Shown one piece after another: positions 26,436 to 34,249 of a DNA stretch of 40,656 nucleotides (its first letter is position 1; the number at the start of each line of letters is the position of its first letter). Source of the DNA: an uncultured Myxococcales bacterium (GTDB taxonomy: Bacteria; Myxococcota_A; Polyangia; Polyangiales; Houyiibacteriaceae); assembly GCA_965533395.1 (NCBI GenBank), contig CBESWY010000002.1, forward strand, positions 1-40,656, read 5' to 3'. The notes under the pieces are model-generated. The model was not told the origin of the DNA. It did not search any database and was given only the letters and a program-made list of their open reading frames with translations. A program made the position numbers and the translations under genes.

Positions 26436-28131
26436 CGAACTCTGCCACCTTCTGATTGAGGGACTGCTCGAGCCCTATCATGCGCGTTGCTCTCATGGGC
26501 GGCTCGAACGCGCTGTGCAATAGGCGCCATCGGGGACTGAACTGAACCGGCGTGAGGCCCCAAACTTCGATGTCGCGAGCCTCGCGCCGCAGGTCCAGCA
26601 TGAAGTAGTCGCCGTACTGCCGGTACGGATGGCGCGAAGCGAACGCAGCCCGTTGCTCTTCGGAGAAGGCGTCGACCGCAGCGACGAACACCCAGCCGGT
26701 CGCTCCCTCTTCGTTGGAGATTTCTGGGCGTGGGTTCTGTACCCAGCGATGGGTCACGCGGTCGAGGGTGATGTCGAACCGAGGTTCGAGCCGAAACTGC
26801 TTGAGGCTCGTGTGGAGTTGGACGCCGGTGCTGCGATCGGTCCAGGCCTTGACCCGCCTTGCGAAACGAAGCTCGGGCCGGCCCGAATCGTACCGGTCGA
26901 TCGTGCCTCGCACCGGAGTGAAGAACCACATCGAGCCGCCCACGTATCGGCCAGTGGGGACGAGTTCAACGTCCCGTATCGCCAAAGGAACTAGAAGGAG
27001 CAGCACGCTGACACCGGCCAAGCGACCTGCGCGCACGCGTACGTAGCGTGCCGTTTCAAAGAGCGAGGTGGTGACGGCGATGGCGACGGCCGGAAGCATC
27101 GGCCAGGCCCAGTAAGAATGAACGATCGCGCTCCAGCGGAAGGTCCAGTAGTGAACCATGCCGGCGAAGAAAAACGCGATGGGGAGCAAATCGCGGGGCC
27201 TTGCCGTTCGGCGAACGACGCGGCGAAGCCAGAGTGCGACCCAGGCAATACAGAGCCCCAGCACCGGCGCTGTGAACATCAGCTCCGGTACCACGAGCAA
27301 ATGGGTTCGAAACCGAGTCCAGGACAGGGCCCGCCGGGAGTTGAACGCGCCTTGGAGCTCGTCGAGATTCCCAGCGACGATCTCCACCAAGACGAAGTGT
27401 CCTACGAACAGGAGCAGCACCCAGGCGCAATACACGACTAGCTGCCGTCCAGATCCACTCGCGCCCTCCGCGCTTTGTGGACGGTAGAGCGCCCAAGCCC
27501 AGTGCAGCGCGATGGCGAAGGCAATGTAGTACGCAGGCCAGTCCCAGGTGGTCGCGATGCCGATGCTGGCGAGAAAGAGCGCGAAGTCGAGAGACCGCCA
27601 GGGTGGGGCACGGCTGGCGCGGACGTAGAGATAAAGTGCGAGCAGGCTCCAAAAAATGAAACCAGCCGAATGATTCGCCATGTTGGTGTAGATCGCGTTG
27701 ATCGGCAGCGCGACGTAGATCGCCGAGGCGGTGAGGGCGTGTGCGTCGTCCCAGAGGCGCCTCACGACCATGAAGAGCATGCAGAGCGCGGCCACACTCC
27801 AAAAACCCGCAACGAGTCGGATCGAAAGCTCGCGGTCGCCGAGTAGCTTCACGCTTGCGACGTTGTTGAGATGCAGGGCGAGCGGCGCGTGCGTGTAGAG
27901 CCGCTCCGGGTTTGGCGGCCGGTTGGCCGTGTCGTACTGGAGCGGGAAAAGGACGTTCCAGCGCAAGGTGTTCCGCGCGGCGTTTTGATACGCCGCTCCG
28001 TTCCAACCGTTGTGGCCCCGTGTCCATTGATCGGCGACGCCCCACACGGCCAAAAAGACCTGCGCAGCGAGCACCATGGCAAAGGCGATACGTACGAGCT
28101 TTCGCCCCTCGCCGACGCGATCAGGCTTCAT
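26425..28131 (-). CDS. Putative GT-C-fold integral membrane glycosyltransferase (ArnT/PMT, GT39/83-like)
   Basis: 568 aa. About 11-12 TM helices over the first ~400 aa, with a first-loop motif GHNGWNGAAYQNAARN, then a ~170-aa soluble C-terminal domain. This layout is typical of ArnT/PMT_2-type lipid-linked-sugar transferases. Family assignment rests on architecture and weak motif memory only. Confidence 0.55.
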   Translation of the reverse strand: MKPDRVGEGRKLVRIAFAMVLAAQVFLAVWGVADQWTRGHNGWNGAAYQNAARNTLRWNVLFPLQYDTANRPPNPERLYTHAPLALHLNNVASVKLLGDRELSIRLVAGFWSVAALCMLFMVVRRLWDDAHALTASAIYVALPINAIYTNMANHSAGFIFWSLLALYLYVRASRAPPWRSLDFALFLASIGIATTWDWPAYYIAFAIALHWAWALYRPQSAEGASGSGRQLVVYCAWVLLLFVGHFVLVEIVAGNLDELQGAFNSRRALSWTRFRTHLLVVPELMFTAPVLGLCIAWVALWLRRVVRRTARPRDLLPIAFFFAGMVHYWTFRWSAIVHSYWAWPMLPAVAIAVTTSLFETARYVRVRAGRLAGVSVLLLLVPLAIRDVELVPTGRYVGGSMWFFTPVRGTIDRYDSGRPELRFARRVKAWTDRSTGVQLHTSLKQFRLEPRFDITLDRVTHRWVQNPRPEISNEEGATGWVFVAAVDAFSEEQRAAFASRHPYRQYGDYFMLDLRREARDIEVWGLTPVQFSPRWRLLHSAFEPPMRATRMIGLEQSLNQKVAEFDAR

Positions 28132-28164
28132 GTCGGGCCAGTATGGCCGTTCGGGCAGCGCGCG

Positions 28165-29778
28165 TCAGCTCTCGAGAAGCCGTCGCGCGACGACGTGCGC
28201 CTGAATCTCGTTGGCGCCCTCGAAGATGCTGAGCACTCTGGAGTCGACCAGGAGCCGGGAAGCGGTGTACTCTTCAGCGTAGCCGTTTCCCCCGTGAATC
28301 TGAACGTTGGCGTCGGAAGACTCCCAGGCACAGCGAGTCGCCAAGAGCTTGGCCATGCCTGCTTCGAGGTCGCAGCGCTTCTCTTGGTCCTTCTCACGTG
28401 CGCTGAAGTACGTGAGCTGGCGGCCGGCCTCGATGCGACAGATCATGCGGCCGATCTTTCGCGCGACGCGCGGGAACTGGAAGATGGGCCCGCCGAACTG
28501 CTCGCGCTCGGTGGCGTATAGGATGGCGTCTTCGAGCGCCGCTTGCGCTAGCCCAACGCCGCGTGCAGCGGTTTGAATGCGCGCGCTTTCGAACGTCTTC
28601 ATGAGCTGCTTGAAGCCGGCGCCCTCCGCGCCGCCGAGCAATGAGTCGGCCGGGATCTGGAAGTCTTCAAAGCTCAGCTCGTATTCCTTCATCCCGCGGT
28701 ATCCGAGCACTTTGATCTCGGTGCCGGTGAGCCCATCATCGACGAACTCGGGCTCACCTTCTTCGCCTGTCAAGCGTGTCTTTTCTGCGAGGAACATCGA
28801 GAGCCCTTTGTATCCGGGTTCATCCGAGTTCGTTCGCGCGAGCAGGGTCATGAGGTCGGCACGCACGGCGTGCGTGATCCAGGTTTTTGCACCGTTGACG
28901 ACGTAGCTTCCGTCTGCCTGCTTCACCGCGCGCGTTCCGAGGTGAGCGAGGTCCGAGCCCGTATTCGGCTCCGTGAAGACCGCGGTAGACAGCACCTCTC
29001 CAGCGGAGATCTTGGGCAGCCATTTCTGTTTTTGCTCTTCGGTCCCGCCGCCGAGGATGAGCTCTGCAGCGATTTCGGCACGTGTCCCGAGGGAGCCCAC
29101 GCCGATGTAACCGCGCGAAAGCTCCTCGGTGACGACGCACATGGCGACTTTGGTCATCCCGAGGCCACCGTACTCCTCGGGGATGGTCAGTCCGAAAACG
29201 CCCAGCTCGCTCATTTGATCGAGGATCTCCATGGGGATCAAGACGTCGTTGCGGTGGATGTCCTGTGCCTTTGGAATGACCTCGGCATCCACGAACTTCG
29301 AGAACTGCGAGCGGATTTCGTCGAGCATCTCGTCGCCAAAGCCGCGGTTGGGGTAGCCGTGGTCCCGCGCATGCGCAGCAAGCTCGAGATAGACCTGGCC
29401 GCTTGCGTGCTCTTGCGAAAAGGCAGTGACTTCGGGCCGAAGCAGGGTTTCGCGCAGATCGCCCTCGCTGATGCCAACCTCTGCGAGGCTGATGTTCTCG
29501 CAGGCCCCGAGATCGACGCCGCCGACGATCGAACGTGCAACCTCACCAATGTAGGCGCGCGCAACTTTGGCCTCGTATTCTCCCCCGACCCGGTCGGCCC
29601 AGGCGGCCAACTGTCGGCAGGCTTCGAGCTCGGTGGCCAGATAGGCGACCGCGTGTGCGGCCAGTTGATTCGAGTTCAGCTTCTTCGCACTGATTCGATC
29701 CCCTTCGGAGACGAGGGCTTTGACGTTGTCGTGCGCGCGCTGGTAGACGGCCTCGATCGCTTCGATGACTTTCTGCAT
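28165..29778 (-). CDS. mcd: Acyl-CoA dehydrogenase with a ~170-aa N-terminal extension, probably (2S)-methylsuccinyl-CoA dehydrogenase
   Basis: 537 aa. The ACAD core carries TEPNTGSD, GAKTWITHA, IFEGANEIQ and catalytic-base context YAEEY. An extra helical N-terminal domain is characteristic of Mcd compared with ~380-aa ACADs. The gene lies 9 nt downstream of ccr in an ecm-meaB-ccr string. Confidence 0.75.
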   Translation of the reverse strand: MQKVIEAIEAVYQRAHDNVKALVSEGDRISAKKLNSNQLAAHAVAYLATELEACRQLAAWADRVGGEYEAKVARAYIGEVARSIVGGVDLGACENISLAEVGISEGDLRETLLRPEVTAFSQEHASGQVYLELAAHARDHGYPNRGFGDEMLDEIRSQFSKFVDAEVIPKAQDIHRNDVLIPMEILDQMSELGVFGLTIPEEYGGLGMTKVAMCVVTEELSRGYIGVGSLGTRAEIAAELILGGGTEEQKQKWLPKISAGEVLSTAVFTEPNTGSDLAHLGTRAVKQADGSYVVNGAKTWITHAVRADLMTLLARTNSDEPGYKGLSMFLAEKTRLTGEEGEPEFVDDGLTGTEIKVLGYRGMKEYELSFEDFQIPADSLLGGAEGAGFKQLMKTFESARIQTAARGVGLAQAALEDAILYATEREQFGGPIFQFPRVARKIGRMICRIEAGRQLTYFSAREKDQEKRCDLEAGMAKLLATRCAWESSDANVQIHGGNGYAEEYTASRLLVDSRVLSIFEGANEIQAHVVARRLLES

Positions 29779-29787
29779 GACCTTCTC

Positions 29788-31008
29788 CTAACCGTTCGCG
29801 ATCGCGTCGCGGGTTTCTTCGAGGTTTTTGAGACCGGGCCGCGGCGCGCCGACCAGGCACGAAACGGTTCCGTGAAGCTTGTTCTCGTACATGAGCTGGT
29901 GCGCCTCGGGAATCTCGTCCCAAGTAAACAGGCGCGTCATGACAGGCTTGATTTTGCCTTGAATGACGAGGCGATTGGCCCGGCTCGCGGAGTCGGCGTC
30001 CGCGAAGTGCGAACCGATGATCTGCTTCTGGCGCATCCAAAGGTGACGCACGTCGAAGTTGAGGTTGTAGCCTGTGGTTGCGCCACAGATCACGATGCGG
30101 CCGAACTTCGCCGCGAGAAACACGCTGGCAGGGAAGGTGGCCTTGCCGACGTGCTCGAAGACCACTTCGGGACCCTTTCGTTCCCCGAGAATCTCCCAAA
30201 TACGCTTGCCGAAGCCCTTGAGGTCGGCGCTATGCGCTTTCTGTTCCTCCGGCGTCATGTTGTCCTTGTACTGAACGCCCGGGAACTCCCTGCGGTTGAT
30301 GACGCCGTGGGCGCCAAGCTGCATGCAGAGCTCGGCCTTGTCATCGCTCGACACCACCGCGATGGCGCGTGCGCCCGCGACCGCACAGAGCTGCACCGCG
30401 AACACGCCGAGGCCGCCGCCGGCGCCCCAGATCAGCACGTCCTCGCCAGGCTGGATCTTGGCGCGGTCGATGAGCATTCGGTGCGCCGTGTAATAGGTGA
30501 GCCCGTAGCTGGCGGCCTCTTCCCAGCTGAGCTGCGGCGGCTTCGGGAGCACCTGTTGCCCCTGCACCTTCGTGAACTGCGCAAACGAGCCGTCGGGTGT
30601 TTCGTAGCCCCAAATCGTCTGGAGGTCGTTCGTGCCCGGGTACACCAAATGGTTGCAATGGAGCACCACCTCGTCGCCGACCTTGTGGTCGTCGACACCC
30701 GGTCCAACGGCCCAAACGACGCCGGACGCATCGGAGCCGGCGATGTGGAAGTCGAGGCCGTGGCTCTTGAGGATGTTGACCGGCTGGCCGAGCCCCGCCC
30801 AGATGCCATTGAAGTTGACGCCGGCAGCCATGACCTGAACCAAAACCTCGCCGGGACCGAGCTCCCATACGGGCAGCGCTTCGGGCTGGAACGATTGCTT
30901 GGGCTCGCCGAAGCGTTCAGGGCGAATCACGTAGGCGTGCATCTCTTCCGGGATGACGCCTAGCTCTGGGATGTGACCAACGGGTACGATGTCAGGACGT
31001 TCGCTCAT
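29788..31008 (-). CDS. ccr: Crotonyl-CoA carboxylase/reductase (enoyl-CoA carboxylase/reductase, MDR superfamily)
   Basis: 406 aa. Blocks match Ccr closely: VLVQVMAAGVNFNGIW, IWGYETPDGSFAQF, LIWGAGGGLG (NADPH loop), FGKRIWEILG, RHLWMRQKQIIGSHFADADSASRANRLVIQGKIKP and LHGTVSCL. Confidence 0.9.
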   Translation of the reverse strand: MSERPDIVPVGHIPELGVIPEEMHAYVIRPERFGEPKQSFQPEALPVWELGPGEVLVQVMAAGVNFNGIWAGLGQPVNILKSHGLDFHIAGSDASGVVWAVGPGVDDHKVGDEVVLHCNHLVYPGTNDLQTIWGYETPDGSFAQFTKVQGQQVLPKPPQLSWEEAASYGLTYYTAHRMLIDRAKIQPGEDVLIWGAGGGLGVFAVQLCAVAGARAIAVVSSDDKAELCMQLGAHGVINRREFPGVQYKDNMTPEEQKAHSADLKGFGKRIWEILGERKGPEVVFEHVGKATFPASVFLAAKFGRIVICGATTGYNLNFDVRHLWMRQKQIIGSHFADADSASRANRLVIQGKIKPVMTRLFTWDEIPEAHQLMYENKLHGTVSCLVGAPRPGLKNLEETRDAIANG

Positions 31009-31015
31009 GTCTTCC

Positions 31016-32023
31016 TCATGGGGTCTTGCCGAGCGCTGCTACATAGTCTCGGCTCAAATGTTCGCAAAGGGCCAAGGGCGTTTCACCGCCATCGAGCTCT
31101 CGTTTGGCGAGTGCTTCCAACCGCTCCGAACCACCTAGGGTCGAAACGCCGTGATCGCCATGTTTACGGCTGAAAAGGTCGAGGACCCAGCGCACCTCTC
31201 CCTGCCGACGCCGCGCCGCGAGGGACGATTGGATGTGCATCCGATGCTGTTCGAGCGCCTCGATCAGCGCGTCGATTCCCGTACCCTGGGTCGCGCTCGT
31301 GGCAATGATCGGGGTCTGCCAGTCGGCGTCCTGTCCGCCCGCGGCCCCGACAGCCTGGGCGGTTTGAATCGCGCCCTGCAAATCGGCCACGGCGCGCCGC
31401 GCCAGCTCCTCCTGATCCGCCTTGTTGACGACGAGGACGTCCGGGATTTCCATGATTCCAGCTTTCAAGAACTGAAGGACGTCGCCGCTCCCGGGCTGGA
31501 TCACGAGCACGACCGTATCTGCCACGTCGACCACGTCGACCTCGGACTGGCCAACCCCCGTCGTTTCGATGACGACCATGTCATACGCGGCCGCCAGGAC
31601 ACGCACCGCAGAATTGACCGCGTAGGCGAGGCCGCCGACCTCGCCTGCGGTCGCGAGTGAACGCACGAAAAGACCGGCGTCTGTAGGGTCAAAGCTCATG
31701 CGGGCGCGGTCGCCGAGGAGTGAACCGCCCGACCGTATGCTCGAAGGGTCGACGGCCACGACGCCCACGGTGCGACCGTGCCGCCGCACGGATCGAGCGA
31801 GTGCCGAGGTCAGGGTGCTCTTGCCGACGCCGGGCGGACCTGTGAGCCCGACTCGATGCCCGCCGGCCGCCTTCGGGGCGCCCTTGAGCGCGGCCAGGAG
31901 CTCCGCTACCCGTGTTTGCGACTCGAGTCTCCGATCTTCGACGAGGTTCAAGGCGCGCGAGACGGCCGCCTTGTCGGACGACATCACCTGCCGCGCGTCC
32001 TCGCTAGGGTCATTCGGCGGCAT
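31016..32023 (-). CDS. meaB: Methylmalonyl-CoA-mutase-associated G3E GTPase (MeaB/ArgK metallochaperone)
   Basis: P-loop GPPGVGKSTL, DPSS..SGGSLLGDRARM, ETTGVGQSE and NKAD, the full MeaB motif set. The start at 32023 overlaps the ecm 3' end by 14 nt. An alternative ATG at 31984 would leave a 25-nt gap. Confidence 0.92.
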   Translation of the reverse strand: MPPNDPSEDARQVMSSDKAAVSRALNLVEDRRLESQTRVAELLAALKGAPKAAGGHRVGLTGPPGVGKSTLTSALARSVRRHGRTVGVVAVDPSSIRSGGSLLGDRARMSFDPTDAGLFVRSLATAGEVGGLAYAVNSAVRVLAAAYDMVVIETTGVGQSEVDVVDVADTVVLVIQPGSGDVLQFLKAGIMEIPDVLVVNKADQEELARRAVADLQGAIQTAQAVGAAGGQDADWQTPIIATSATQGTGIDALIEALEQHRMHIQSSLAARRRQGEVRWVLDLFSRKHGDHGVSTLGGSERLEALAKRELDGGETPLALCEHLSRDYVAALGKTP

Positions 32024-34016
32024 GCTGGCGGTCCACCAGATCGATCAGGTCGCTCATGATGTTGTCGAGCTCGAAGTCCTTCGGTGTGTAGACGGCCGCA
32101 ACCCCTTCGGCGCGCAGCCGCTCTGCGTCCGCCTCGGGAATGATGCCGCCGGCGACGACTGGAATGTCGCCGAGCCCTGCGTCGCGAAGCCGGTGCACGA
32201 CCTCGGGAACCAGGGCGAGATGGGAGCCGCTCAGGATGCTCAGGCCGATGAGATGCACGCCTTCTTCGAGTGCCGATGCCACGATTTGCTCGGGAGAGAC
32301 GCGAATTCCCTCGTACACCACGTCAAAGCCGACGTCGCGGGCTTTGATCGCGATTTGCTCGGCGCCATTCGAATGCCCGTCGAGGCCTGGCTTACCGACC
32401 AGCAGCTTCGCGCGCCGTCCCATTCGCTCCTCGAGTGCGTCGAGTCGTTTTCGAAGACGGTTGATTGTCTCTGCGGCGGCTCCCGAGCGGGAGGCCTTCA
32501 CCGTCGCGCCCGCAACGCCCGTCGGGGCGCGGTACTCCCCCCAGACTTGCCGAAGCGCGTTGGCCCATTCGCCGGTGGTCACGCCTGCATGCGCAGCGGC
32601 GATCGACGCTGCCATCAGGTTGTCGTCGGTCCTCGCGACGCGCTCGACTTCCGCGAGCGCCGCCTCAGCGGCCGCGCTGTTTCGCGTTTCCTTCCAGCGG
32701 GCGAGCGCAGCGCGTTGGCTGGCATCGACCTCGGGATCGACGGTGAGAATAGCGTCGTCGAGATTCTCGGTGAGCGGGGAGTCTGCGCCCTCGACGTACT
32801 TGTTGACGCCAACGACGATCTGCTCACCGGCCTCAATCGCGCGAAGACGCGCCGCATTCGACTCGACGAGCCTCTGCTTGATGTAACCCGTCTCGACCGC
32901 TTCGACGGCCCCGCCGCGCTTCAAGACTTCCTGCACTTCGGCCCAGGCCGAGTCGACCAGCTGCTGCGTCTTCGCCTGAACCACCGGGCTGCCGTTGAAG
33001 AGGTCGTCGTACTCGAGAAGGTCGGTTTCGTAGGCGAGAATCTGCTGTGCGCGAAGAGACCACTGCTGATCCCAGGGCCGTGGAAGCCCGAGGGCCTCGT
33101 TCCAGGCCGGGAGCTGAATCGCGCGAGCTCTGGCGTCCTTGCTCAGCGTCACCGCCAGCATTTCGAGCACGATCCGGATGACGTTGTTCTCGGGTTGCTG
33201 CTCGGTCAGGCCGAGGGAATTCACCTGAACCCCGTATCGAAACCGCCGCTGCTTGGCATCGGTAACCCCGTATCGCTCCCGGGTGACCCGATCCCAGAGC
33301 TCGACGAAGGCGCGCATCTTGCAGAGCTCTTCGACGAAGCGAATGCCCGCATTGACGAAGAAGCTCATGCGCCCGACGACCTTGCCGAACTCGTTCTCCG
33401 GCACCCGACCCGTGGCCTTCACCGCATCGAGCACGCCGATCGCAGTGACCAGCGCATAGGCGAGCTCTTGCGTCGGCGTCGCGCCGGCTTCCTGCAAGTG
33501 GTAGCTGCAGATGTTGATCGGGTTCCACTTTGGAACCTCTTCGACGGTGTAGGTGATCAGATCGGTGATCAAGCGCATCGAAGCGGCCGGTGGAAAGATG
33601 TGCGTGCCGCGCGATAGGTACTCTTTGATGATGTCGTTTTGCGTCGTCCCGCGAAGAACGTGGTGGTCGACGCCCTGGTCCTCCGCCGCGGCGACGTAGA
33701 GCGACAGCAACCAGACGGCAGTCGCGTTGATCGTCATCGACGTGTTCATCTGATCGAGGGGCAGCCCGTTGAAAAGCGCGCGCATGTCGCCGAGGTGCGA
33801 AACTGGAACGCCGACTTTGCCGACCTCACCGCGAGCGAGCGCATCATCGGCGTCGTAGCCGGTCTGGGTAGGCAAATCGAAGGCCACACTGAGCCCGGTC
33901 TGGCCTTTCGCGAGGTTGGTTCGGTAGAGCTCGTTCGATGCAGTGGCCGTGCTGTGGCCCGAGTAGGTCCGCATGATCCACGGTTTGTCGCGCTCTCGCT
34001 TGCCGTACTCCGCCAT
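32010..34016 (-). CDS. ecm: Fused B12-dependent acyl-CoA mutase, probably ethylmalonyl-CoA mutase (MeaA/Ecm type)
   Basis: 668 aa as a single chain. N-terminal KPWIMRTYSGHSTATASNELYRTNLAKGQTGLSVAFDLPTQTGYD..ARGEVGKVGVPVSHLGDM (the Ecm/MeaA style rather than the MCM 'QYAGFSTA'). The C-terminal cobalamin domain has GLDGHSNG (DxHxxG) and SILSG. The size and the ccr/mcd context fit Ecm. AGGAAAGGA lies 7 nt upstream of the ATG. Confidence 0.8.
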   Translation of the reverse strand: MAEYGKRERDKPWIMRTYSGHSTATASNELYRTNLAKGQTGLSVAFDLPTQTGYDADDALARGEVGKVGVPVSHLGDMRALFNGLPLDQMNTSMTINATAVWLLSLYVAAAEDQGVDHHVLRGTTQNDIIKEYLSRGTHIFPPAASMRLITDLITYTVEEVPKWNPINICSYHLQEAGATPTQELAYALVTAIGVLDAVKATGRVPENEFGKVVGRMSFFVNAGIRFVEELCKMRAFVELWDRVTRERYGVTDAKQRRFRYGVQVNSLGLTEQQPENNVIRIVLEMLAVTLSKDARARAIQLPAWNEALGLPRPWDQQWSLRAQQILAYETDLLEYDDLFNGSPVVQAKTQQLVDSAWAEVQEVLKRGGAVEAVETGYIKQRLVESNAARLRAIEAGEQIVVGVNKYVEGADSPLTENLDDAILTVDPEVDASQRAALARWKETRNSAAAEAALAEVERVARTDDNLMAASIAAAHAGVTTGEWANALRQVWGEYRAPTGVAGATVKASRSGAAAETINRLRKRLDALEERMGRRAKLLVGKPGLDGHSNGAEQIAIKARDVGFDVVYEGIRVSPEQIVASALEEGVHLIGLSILSGSHLALVPEVVHRLRDAGLGDIPVVAGGIIPEADAERLRAEGVAAVYTPKDFELDNIMSDLIDLVDRQHAAE

Positions 34017-34249
34017 TGGCCGGTCCTTTCCTCTGCGATTCGCACGAGGGGGCCGAAGCCTACCTCGTTTTGACCTTGCTTGCGTTCGAAGCCCTTGCGG
34101 CCGTTGCGGTGCTCTTTACAGCTTCACACGGCCAAGCCCGAACACTCTGTGACTATCATACGCCCGGGACGGGTCAAGCCCCCGGGATCAAGGCTTTTAC
34201 GGGTCTATCGGCTCTGGCAGATCTTGTAAATTTGCGGTAAACCGCTGCA

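Noticed and set aside
27304-27314. GGTTCGAAACC (T-loop-like) string, and a similar GGTTCGAAG near 3397-3405, as possible tRNA fragments
   Set aside because: Both lie inside well-supported coding frames, and no acceptor, D or anticodon arm can be folded around them. No intergenic gap in the window is large and structured enough for a tRNA.
28870-30963. 697-aa ORF on the plus strand spanning the mcd/ccr region
   Set aside because: It lies antisense to two genes with unmistakable homology (acyl-CoA dehydrogenase, Ccr). The product is Arg/Asp/Leu/Val-rich with no recognisable motifs. This is a typical shadow ORF created by GC3 bias on the opposite strand.
31698-33617. 639-aa plus-strand ORF over meaB/ecm
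   Set aside because: It lies antisense to the B12 mutase and MeaB, both motif-perfect. Its composition is Arg/Ala/Gly-rich with no domains. Shadow ORF.
34115-34159. TTTACA ... TATCAT as a sigma-70 promoter in the ecm/scfR divergent region
   Set aside because: The two hexamers are 33 nt apart, far from the 16-18 nt optimum, so they cannot be one promoter.
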